Assembly (NCBI GenBank): GCA_963728425.1
Contig: CAVSKC010000018.1
Location: 7,164 to 71,163, forward strand
From: an uncultured Actinomycetota bacterium
Lineage (GTDB): Bacteria; Actinomycetota; Actinomycetes; JACCUZ01
Direction: 5' to 3'
DNA length: 64,000 nucleotides
Every line of letters starts with the position of its first letter. Within the stretch, counting starts at the first letter, position 1. Of this stretch, positions 23,416 through 31,596 are shown piece after piece. The notes under the pieces were generated by a model that worked only from the letters and a program-made list of their open reading frames with translations, was not told the DNA's origin and ran no database searches. The position numbers and the translations under genes are program-made.

Positions 23416-24105
23416 GGGGTTTCTCCCGTCGTGGAGCAGGATGGGGCAGGCCCGGTGGCGGCGGTGCTGGCGCTCGCCCGCGGGTGATCGGCCCCCTGTC
23501 TCCGGCCCTACCTGCCCCAAACGCCCCAGTTGGCCATCATCTGGCCACGTCGGGCGATGCTGGACGCAGACTGCGTAGACGCTCGACGGCCCGCAGCAAT
23601 TCGTGTCGGCCGATGTCTTGCATGTCGGTGATGGCCTTCTTACCCTCGGGCCAGCGGTGAAGCAGCGGCCGCGCGGGCTGGGCTCGCGCCGCCACCTGCA
23701 GGGGGACAGGCACTGCAGGGGGGACGGCGGCGCGAGTCCCCACCCATCCCCCGCCAGGACCCCGCGGAGGGCGGTCTTCGGACCGCCCGTGCCGCCGTTG
23801 ATCCCCTCCCTCGGTCCGGCGGCGCGGGCACCGGCCGCGCGGTACCGGCCGCGCGGTGGATTCGGTCCGCCCGATCGTCCGATGGCCCACCTGATGCCGG
23901 CTCGCCGAGAATTGGGTGCGCAGCAGCGGGCCGGGCCGGCGAGGCATGGGGGTGTCGCTCGGCCCGTTGTGCGTCGAGCCGACCACACGACAAGAGCTGG
24001 AGTGAGCACAAAGTGACCCCGTACGTCGTCAGTGAGCGGACGAGGAACATCTCGAGGGACGAGAGCTACTCGAGGTCTCCCGGGCCAGCCATCCCGGGCG
24101 GCATC

Positions 24106-24276
24106 ATGCACGCCTTCGACGAGGTCGCGCACCGCACCCTGTGCGGGCTGATGGGACCCGACCTGCACCACTGGCCAGCACTGGACTTTCCGCGCGCCTA
24201 CGGGACTCACTGCGGCGCCTGCTCAGACGCGCTGGCCAAGAGCCGTCAGGGCCGGGTCCCGCCGACTGATCCCTAG
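24106..24276 (+). CDS. Small Cys-containing hypothetical protein (56 aa), possibly a zinc-ribbon-like fold.
   Basis: MHAFDEVAHRTLCGLMGPDLHHWPALDFPRAYGTHCGACSDALAKSRQGRVPPTDP. GC3 is high through the frame. It lies inside ORF 24013..24276. Confidence 0.3.
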   Translation: MHAFDEVAHRTLCGLMGPDLHHWPALDFPRAYGTHCGACSDALAKSRQGRVPPTDP

Positions 24277-25155
24277 GGTGGCGAAATTTCCGGACCATTG
24301 GCACGCTGTTCCGGTGCGTCACCGCAAGCCCGGTAGCTTCGTCGACCAACCGGACGTCGAGATCTCACGCGACCCGGTGCCACTCGAGGTCCAGGGCAAG
24401 CCGTCCATGTTCGTCGTGGCTCAGGAGTCCAAGGCTCCGAGCGGCCTGTCACTCGCCGGCCACGACACTCTTGGCCAGTTCCTGGCGCTGCAGCGGACCG
24501 CTACCGAGGTCGAGTCCGAGTCCGCACGCGGAGCCGATCGCCTCCGTGCCGAGGCTGCGGGCATTCGTGCTGCGAATCGTGATCGCACTGGCACTGCTCG
24601 CCGCCGGAGCCTTTGCCGTGCTGGACGCGCATCCCGCCTGACCATGCTTGGGCTGGAAACGTGCGCACCGCGACGGCTCGCCGGGGGGCTTCCCTAGTGG
24701 CGGCGCCGCGCTTTCCCTGACCCCCCTCGGGAGCGGAGCGCGGCGCCTTCGTCGAGGATGCGCCGCTGGGCTCGGGGGTTGCATCAGCCGTTGTGGGGAC
24801 AGCTCGTCGCTGTCCGGACCGGCTTCCTCACGTGGCGTTGCGATCGTGGCTGAACGACCGATGGCTGACCAGCGTGACCGATATCACCCTTGGCGCCAGC
24901 GGTCGGTCGGGAGTCTTCGGCTTGGGGGGTGTCCTCCCGGCCGATCCGCACCGGCCTCGGCGGGCAGGCGGCCCGCGTCCTCCCTTGGGGGGTCAGGAAG
25001 GGTGCGGGCCTAGGCGCTCGCCCGGGATGGAAGAGGCGACCGCCTGGCTTGAGATTCCGCCGCGCTCGAGGGTTAGTCAAGCCTTCCTGCGCGCACCCCC
25101 GAGTCGCGCTCATGATTGCGGCCTGCAGATGGCAGGGACGGGTACACAATGAGCC

Positions 25156-25465
25156 GTGCGGACGTCCCATCTCCCGGTGGCATGGTCGAGGCTGCTGCCC
25201 GGCTATACGGTTCCGGCCCGCTATCGCGCGGACTTCTTCGCGATGGTCGCGCAACCGAAAGGCTTCATGGACGAGCCGCCCACGTGGTGGCTCGTGGAGA
25301 AGATCTACTTCGGCGCGGACGCCGACCTCGACGACATTCTCGACTGGGCCGACTCTCGACACCGACCGCAACGGCACGTACGCGCTCTACGTCGAGTTCA
25401 AGCTCGGTGAAGGCGACGTGATGAGCGAGCTCGTCGCCGGCAAGGATCCGACCAGTCCGAGTTGA
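25156..25465 (+). CDS. Hypothetical protein of about 100 aa with a frameshift near 25355.
   Basis: ...RYRADFFAMVAQPKGFMDEPPTWWLVEKIYFGADADLDDILDWAD (ORF 25156..25410) continues as TDRNGTYALYVEFKLGEGDVMSELVAGKDPTSPS* (the end of ORF 24890..25465). GC3 is high in both pieces. Confidence 0.3.
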
Positions 25466-25535
25466 TCTTGCGCAAGAGGTGAGCCGCCGCCGCCTCACGC
25501 CGACCTAGTCCGCCACGTCTCCGCTGGCAGGACGC

Positions 25536-25600
25536 TTAGGCACGGCTTGGCTGGACCCGCATCGGGTCCCCCGGCATCTTCGGGGTGCCTCCCCGGTAAG
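25536..25600 (-). pseudogene. Orphan remnant resembling the 3' end of a LigD-type PolDom gene.
   Basis: The minus-strand peptide ..GGTPKMPGDPMRVQPSRA* matches ..DYPKMPGEPPRVQPSRKNP.. at the end of the intact PolDom gene. At the DNA level, 25543-25584 against 28539-28581 is about 34/42 identical by my manual alignment. Confidence 0.4.
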
Positions 25601-27099
25601 CGCTGCCCGCCGACGTCTTCGTCGGTGCCCGTCGCGGCGACGAGGCGCTCCATGTCGTCCTCGACCTCAGCGAGCACCCCGACTCGGGCACACCCGAGAT
25701 CCGATTCACCGCCCAGCAGGCCGCGTCGCTGGTCTGGTACCTGGTCCTCGCGGTCGAGGACTGCGAGCTGGTGGGCGACGGCGTTCCGGCCGGCTCATGC
25801 GGAAGCGCGAGCGGGCCGTAATCGAGGCGTTCCGCCTGGGCGTGCGAGTGGGAGAGCGGACGGCGGAGAGCTGACCCCCCCACGACCCCGAGAGCGCCGC
25901 CGCGGTGGTGGGGGGAACCATCCACGGCGGCACCAAACATGAGGACTCTCTGAGGCAGCAGTGATGACGTGGGCCGATCGGGAAATGCAGGTGTGTCTGC
26001 GCGACGACATGGCCGCCATGGGACGCTGGAATCCTTGACGGCGACGGCCTCGGGCGAGGACCTCGGGCGGCACCCGCGGCCAGACCCCCCGATGGTGTGC
26101 GGTCAGGCCCACGCCCGCCATCCCCCTGCGGGCGGGCGTGGGCCGCCCAACGGCAGCGGAAGCGCGTCGGCCCGTAACGCAGACGCCAGACGCCGCGATG
26201 GTTCAGCGGGGCCGCGCTGTGACCTGGGGTTGGGGGGACGCAGCGCGGCTTTTCGGGGCGAGCGCCCCCGACCCTGCCGCTGGGGTCGATCGCGCTATCT
26301 CTGCTCAGGCACGAGCGTCGCCAGGTCGACGAGCTGGGCGACCTCCTGGACGGTGGCGCAGTCCTGGACGAAGTAGCTGCCGCCGGACCCGCAGATACGG
26401 CTTCGGCGGGCGGGACAGCGACCGCTGCCCGAGTACCTGCTCCACCCGGTGCCCGTCCGGGGAGATCATCTCCTCCACGAGGCGAGAGCCTACGCCGACG
26501 ATTTGCAGTGCAACCACCCGTTTCGTATGGGTGCCCCGGAGCGGTCAAGCAGGCGCCGCGCGAGCAGGGCTCGCGCCGCGCCAGAGCGGGGAACGCTGGG
26601 GGGCGTGCGCGGCGCGAGTCCACCTCGCAGCTCGTGTCCCGCTCACTGTTGCTGTCGCCCGGCATCTCGTGTCGAGGGGTTGGCAGGGGCGCCCGCTCGG
26701 TGTGATGCTTGGCGCAAGAGCGCCCCGGACCCCGGCGCAGAAGACCGCCTCGGTCTCCGTCCGGAAGAGCCGACCCCCGCCCGTGCTCCTCGTCCAGCAG
26801 CGTGGCGCCCGACAGGCTGAGGCTGTGGCGGCAGCGCCCCGCGCAAACCCCCCGGCCGTGGGGCGCTGTCCGTCAAGTCTGACGGGCGGCGGTCTGCCCG
26901 GGAGCTCGACGGCCCGTCCGTCGTGTCAATCCCGGGCCAGCCAGAACTTGAACTGGTCGTACTCGATGTACCACTCCAGGGGATCGTCGCGAGACGCAGA
27001 TACGGAAGGTCTCCGCAGCCCCCTAACGACGGTCGCGCCCTTGGCGCCGGCCGGGTTGCAGCGGGTCTCGCGGGTGACAACGGGCTCGTCCCTAGCGGC

Positions 27100-27430
27100 A
27101 GGACACGAGCCGCGGCTGGGGCTACGCCTACGACCAGGGCTGCCGGTGCGCCGAGTGCGTCCGGCGCACAACGACCACCACCGGGAGCTACGTGCCCGCC
27201 GCGCAAAGTGGCGACCCGAGAGACAACCGAACCTCAAGCACGGCACCCGCTCGACCTACAGCAACCACGGTTGCCGCTGCCCGGCATGCTTCCAAGCTCA
27301 GGCCGACTGGAACCGGCGCGACCCAGCCGGAAGCCGCGGTGATCCCCGCCACGAGCTATTCGTCCTGACGATCGGCCTGTTCATCTCGAGCCTGTGCGTG
27401 GTCGGGCTGATCATCCTGTGGCTTGGATAG
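27100..27430 (+). CDS. Hypothetical protein with two GCRCxxC motifs and a C-terminal TM helix. The start is not identified and it is frameshifted.
   Basis: GWGYAYDQGCRCAECVR then ..HNDHHRELRARRAKW..KHGTRSTYSNHGCRCPACFQAQADWNRR..HELFVLTIGLFISSLCVVGLIILWLG* (the end of ORF 26138..27430). Confidence 0.4.
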
Positions 27431-27658
27431 CCGGCGGTAGCCGTCGGCGCGGGCGGTGCAGGAACTCAGGACCATCCCCCAGGCGGTCGAACCGGAGCCG
27501 GCACTGGAGAGGAGTCCCGGCGGCGCGCGCACCCGCGACCGGCGGCTGACTGAGCCTCACAGATCCTCGTCGGAATGGGGGTCTTGCCTGCGATGGCTGG
27601 CGGGCCGACTCTGCAAGCACTGGCAGCCGCTCGTGCGCCAGGAGAACGGGGAAGCATC

Positions 27659-28383
27659 ATGCGCTCCCGATCCAGCATCCTTGCCTATGCAGGACGACGT
27701 CTCTGCACACGGCGCCGGGCCTCGCCGGCCTTCTCGCCCTCGCGGTCGCCGGCACGGCAGGCATTGCCTACGCCGCCATCCCTGCCAGTGACGGAAAAAT
27801 ATCCGCGTGCTACGCGAAGCAAGGCGGCGCTCTGCGCGTGATCGACAAGGCCAAGGGTCAGACCTGTAAGGCAGGTGAACGGCCGCTGGTGTGGAATCAG
27901 AAAGGGCTTCGCGGACTCACCGGCCCGGCCGGTCCGGCCGGCGGCCGACTGGCGCCGCCGGGGCGGCGGGGCCCGCAAGGCCCGAGGGTCCCGAGGGTGC
28001 CGAGGGACCGCAGGGCGTGGAAGGCCCGGAGGGCCCACCCGGGTTTGCTCTGGCGGTTGCCTACGTGTTCCCCGATGGTGGGGTACGTCCGCGGGCCTGA
28101 TCAGAACCGAAGCTGGGGAGTAGCAAGTGTGCGCTCACCGTCGACGGGCGTCTTCTGCCTCACTCTCAAGGAGAACATTCCGATCGACGAACTCGCGCCG
28201 GTTGTCTCGGGGACTCAGGGCTTGGGTCCCCCATATCCCCTCGTGGTCCTCGCCCCCCTGATGACCTGCAACCAGCCACCCGCAGTGCCGGACGAAATTG
28301 GGGTCTACACCTACGGCGTTCCCGCCGATGGAGGTCCGCTTGCCTTTAGCAGCAACCTGGCCTTCACCCTGGCGGTTCCGTGA
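27659..28383 (+). CDS. Secreted collagen-like (Gly-X-Y) repeat protein with a globular C-terminal domain. About 3 frameshifts.
   Basis: MRSRSSILAYAGRRL.. then LAGLLALAVAGTAGIAYAAIPASDGKISACYAKQGGALRVIDKAKGQTCKAGERPLVWNQKGLRGLTGPAGPAG, followed by GPEGPEGAEGPQGVEGPEGPPG (ORF 27891..28100). The C-terminal part is ...GVFCLTLKENIPIDELAPVVSGTQGLGPPYPLVVLAP...AFTLAVP* (ORF 27838..28383). Confidence 0.5.
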
Positions 28384-28504
28384 GGGAGCCGAACGCTCCG
28401 CAGTGGGCGCGGGCGGAGCCCGGGGAAGCCCGCCCGTCCCGGCAATGTCGATCTCTTTGGACATCGCTGTGGTTAAGCGCTGTGCCTACTCTCGACACGC
28501 TGTC

Positions 28505-29573
28505 TCAGTCGGCGTTTCCCCAGTTCAGCGGGTTTTTTCGGCTCGGTTGGACTCTCGGCGGCTCCCCGGGCATCTTCGGGTAGTCCGGCGGGTAGGGCAT
28601 GTCGCCGAGCCCGTGGTCGCGCTCGTCCCGCTCGTACCACTCCAGCAGCGGCGTGAGGTCGTGCGCGACGTCGTCGATCTCGCGTGCAGGTCGCCGCGCT
28701 CGGCGAACCTGGCCGGCATCGTGCGCACCGTGAGGTCGCGCGGGTCCGCGTCGGGCAGCTCGTCCCACGCCAGCGGCGTCGAGACCGGGGCGTGCGGCAA
28801 CGGCCGCACGGAGTAGGCGGACGCGATGGTGCGGTCGCGGGCGTTCTGGTTGTAGTCGACGAAGATCGTCTCGCCGCGCTCCTCCTTCCACCACTTCGTG
28901 GTGACCTGACCCGGCATCCGCCGCTCCAGCTCGCGGCCGAACGCGATGGCCGCATGCCGTACGTCGGTGAAGGTCCACCTCGGCTCGATGCGCACGTAGA
29001 TGTGCACGCCGCGGTTGCCCGGACGTCTTGGGAAACCCGCGCCAGCCCAGCTCGTCGAGGACGTCGTGCGCCTCGTGCGCGACCCGCACCGCGTCGGGGA
29101 AGTCGGTGCCCGGCTGCGGGTCGAGGTCGATGCGCAGCTCGTCGGGGTGGTCCACGTCGTCCCGGCGCACCGGCCACGGGTGGAAGATGATGGTGTTCTG
29201 CTGCGCGCATCCAGGCCACGGTGGCCAGCTCGGTCGGCGCGACCTCGTCGGCCGTCCGGCCGGTGGGGAAGGCGATGTGCGCGGTCTCCATCCACTCCGG
29301 CGCGCCCTTGCTGACCCGTTTCTGGTAGAACGCGTCCGCGCCGCGCGCGTCGGCCCTGGTCGCCAGCCTGACGCCCTCGTGCACGCCGCTGGTCCAGCGC
29401 TCCATGGTCACCGGCCGGTTGCGACAGGGCCCGCAGGATGCCGTCGCCGACCGCCAGGTGGTAGTTGACTAGTCGATCTTGTGAACCCCGCGTCCGGGAA
29501 GATCAGCTTGTCGGGGTTGGTGACCTTGACCGTCCGCTCCCCGACCTCGATCTCCACGAAGGGTGACGCCATG
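28505..29573 (-). CDS. LigD-type primase-polymerase domain protein (PolDom / Prim-PolC-like, NHEJ or excision-repair polymerase), frame-interrupted.
   Basis: Start MASPFVEIEVGERTVKVTNPDKLIFPDAGFT at 29573. Pieces: HPDELRIDLDPQPGTDFPDAVRVAHEAHDVLDELGWRGFPKTSG, RGVHIYVRIEPRWTFTDVRHAAIAFGRELERR, TTKWWKEERGETIFVDYNQNARDRTIASAYSVRP and MPYPPDYPKMPGEPPRVQPSR. ORFs 28473..29411, 28505..29170 and 28525..29295. Confidence 0.8.
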
Positions 29574-29629
29574 CGAGCACGTTACCGGCTGGTGCTGCCC
29601 GACTTGCAGCCCCGACGTACTGTCGAAGC

Positions 29630-30072
29630 ATGTTCAAGAAGTCGACGCCGGCCGGCAACAGCGCCGAGACCGCGTACCCCGTGCAGAAGTCCGAGGACGA
29701 GTGGCGCGCCGAGCTGAGCCCGGAGGAGTACCACGTGCTGCGCGAGGCGCGGCACCGAGCCGGCCTTCCGCGGCGAGTACACCGACACCAAGACAGGTCG
29801 GCGTCTACAGCTGCCGGGCCTGCGGGGCCGAGCTGTTCCGCAGCGAGGCGAAGTTCGAGAGCCACTGCGGCTGGCCGTCGTTCTACGCCGCGGCGAGGAC
29901 GACGCGGTCGAGCTGCATCGAGGACCGGTCATTCGGCATGCGTCGAACGGAGGTCCGGTGCCGCCGCTGCGGCTCGCACCTCGGGCACGTCTTCGACGAC
30001 GCTCCCCAGACGCCGACCGGGGACCGGTACTGCATCAACTCCGTCTCGATTCGTCTCGAGGAAGGGCAGTAG
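29630..30072 (+). CDS. msrB: Peptide-methionine (R)-S-oxide reductase MsrB, frame-interrupted.
   Basis: MFKKSTPAGNSAETAYPVQKSEDEWRAELSPEEYHVLREA.. then GVYSCRACGAELFRSEAKFESHCGWPSFY .. TEVRCRRCGSHLGHVFDDAPQTPTGDRYCINSVSIRLEE. ORFs 29630..30214 and 29563..30072. Confidence 0.85.
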
Positions 30073-30844
30073 CGCCACCGTCCGCCGCCACCACCACGGC
30101 CGGCGTGTACCGCACGTCCGCTGTCGCGAGTCGAACAGGATCACCGACTGCAGCAGCAGGCCGCCGACGAGCGCGCCGCCGATCAGGTCGGTCAGCCAGT
30201 GGCTGCCGATGTAGAGGCTGGTCAGGATCGTCAGCGACGTGAGGACCGTCCAGAGGGCACCGATCCGCCGCAACGGCGGGTGCTCGGCGTACCGCAGGAA
30301 CAGGTAGATGAGCACGCCGCCGGTGAGCACCATGTTCGACGAGTGGCCGGACGGGAAGATGATGCCGCCGTTGAGCACGGCGGGGTTGCCGGTCTCGGTC
30401 TCGGACCGGCCGATGAGGATCTTCATCGCGCCGACGACGACGTTGAGGACCAGGAACGACATGGCGGCGAGCACGACCGGGCGCCAGGTGCGGTGGCGCC
30501 GCGCGAAGGACCCCGGCGACGACCAGCAGGATCGGGACGAGCACCGAGCGCTGCCCGAACTTGTCGTAGGCCCAGGCCGCGGAGTCCAGCTGCGGGATGG
30601 CCGTCTGCCCGTCCCAGGCCTCGATCTTGACGTCGAGCTCGGTCAGCGGGCCGTGCACGAAGATGTCGACGATCACGTAGAGCAGCGAGACGCTGAGCAC
30701 GACCGCGATCAGCCGCGACCGACGGCCGATCTGGTCCCGGATCCGCAGCCGGCTCGGGGCCGCGACGGCCTCGGGCGGCTGCGGCTGCTGCGGTACGTCG
30801 GTCTCCGGCCCGTGCCCGTCGTTGCCGTGCGGGGACGCGCTCAT
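30035..30844 (-). CDS. PAP2-family membrane phosphatase. It is frame-interrupted and the 3' end is uncertain.
   Basis: Start MSASPHGNDG at 30844. TM segments (RLIAVVLSVSLLYVIVDIF). PAP2 motifs are KILIGRSE, FPSGHSSN and IGSHWLTDLIGGALVG (ORFs 30035..30844 and 29929..30474). Confidence 0.75.
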   Translation of the reverse strand: MSASPHGNDGHGPETDVPQQPQPPEAVAAPSRLRIRDQIGRRSRLIAVVLSVSLLYVIVDIFVHGPLTELDVKIEAWDGQTAIPQLDSAAWAYDKFGQRSVLVPILLVVAGVLRAAPPHLAPGRARRHVVPGPQRRRRRDEDPHRPVRDRDRQPRRAQRRHHLPVRPLVEHGAHRRRAHLPVPAVRRAPAVAADRCPLDGPHVADDPDQPLHRQPLADRPDRRRARRRPAAAVGDPVRLATADVRYTPAVVVAADGGATALPRDESRRS

Positions 30845-30879
30845 CGACGTCCTGCGTCAGGTGCGCGCTGATGGCTCCG

Positions 30880-31596
30880 TCACGGCAGGGCCGCCACGAG
30901 CTCGGCGACCGGCTTGCGGCGGCCGGTGTAGAACGGCACCTCCTCGCGGACGTGCAGCCGGGCCTGCGACGCCGCGCAGGTGGCGCATCAGGTCGACGAT
31001 GCGGTGCAGCTCGTCGGCCTCGAAGGCGAGCATCCACTCGTAGTCGCCGAGCGCGAACGAGGCGACCGTGTTGGCCCGCACGTCGGGGTAGCCGCGCGCC
31101 ATCTGGCCGTGCTCGGCGAGCATCGCGCGGCGCTCCTCGTCGGGCAGCAGGTACCAGTCGTAGGACCGCACGAAGGGGTAGACGCAGACGTAGCCGCGCG
31201 CCTCCTCGTCGGCCAGGAACGCCGGCACGTGGCACTTGTTGAACTCGGCCGGCCGGTGCAGCGCCATCACCGACCACACCGGCTCGCACGCGGCGCCGAG
31301 GGTCGGTGCGGCGGAACCGGTTGTAGGCCTCCTGCAGGTCCTCGGCAGTCGGCGCGTGCCACCAGATCATCAGGTCGGCGTCGGCGCGCAGCCCGGCCAC
31401 GTCGTAGGTGCCGCGGGTGACGACGTCCTTGGCGGCCAGCTGGTCGAACAGCTCCTCGACCTCGGCGGCGACGCGCCGCGCGGTCGTCGGGCAGCCGGTC
31501 GCGCAGCCGGAAGACCGACCACATCGTGTAGCGGATGACCTGGTTGAGGTCGCGCGCCTTGGGCCTGCGGTCCCGCGCGATCCGTCGGTGCGGTCA
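30880..31596 (-). CDS. hemQ: Coproheme decarboxylase (HemQ/ChdC, chlorite-dismutase family), frame-interrupted.
   Basis: [22 protein letters not shown] .. [55 protein letters not shown] .. [104 protein letters not shown] 30857..31279 and neighbouring frames. Confidence 0.85.

Noticed and set aside
20385-24210. Minus-strand ORFs 20385..22340 (651 aa) and 22216..24210 (664 aa).
   Set aside because: They are antisense to the S8 protease gene or run through non-coding DNA. They have Arg/Pro/Gly-rich composition and no motifs. Only the short N-terminal signal-peptide segment near 23415 is used, for the 22806..23415 gene.
24278-24640. A possible small membrane-anchored protein: MAKFPDHWHAVPV...ESKAPSGLSLAGHDTLGQFLALQ.. 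with, after a +1 shift, ..RAFVLRIVIALALLAAGAFAVLDAHPA*.
   Set aside because: It requires an assumed frameshift, has only moderate GC3 and no homology that I can recognise. It is too speculative to list as a feature.
25598-25820. Coding-like signal on both strands: plus ..DVFVGARRGDEALHVVLDLSEHPDSGTPEIRFTAQQAASLVWYLVLAVEDCELVGDG.. versus minus ..AVAHQLAVLDREDQVPDQRRGLLGGESDLGCARVGVLAEVEDDMERLVAATGTDEDVGGQR...
   Set aside because: The two frames share third-codon positions, so GC3 cannot discriminate. The plus frame has no start, and the minus frame only makes sense as an extension of the PolDom-tail remnant. I could not assign a gene with confidence.
23480-28500. A tRNA, tmRNA or RNase P gene as an integration target in the gene-poor block.
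   Set aside because: I scanned by eye for T-loop-like GGTTCGA(A/G)TCC, the RNase P GGAAAGTCC box and tmRNA termini and found none. GGCGCGAGTCC is only a superficial resemblance. A proper tRNAscan or Infernal run is still advisable.
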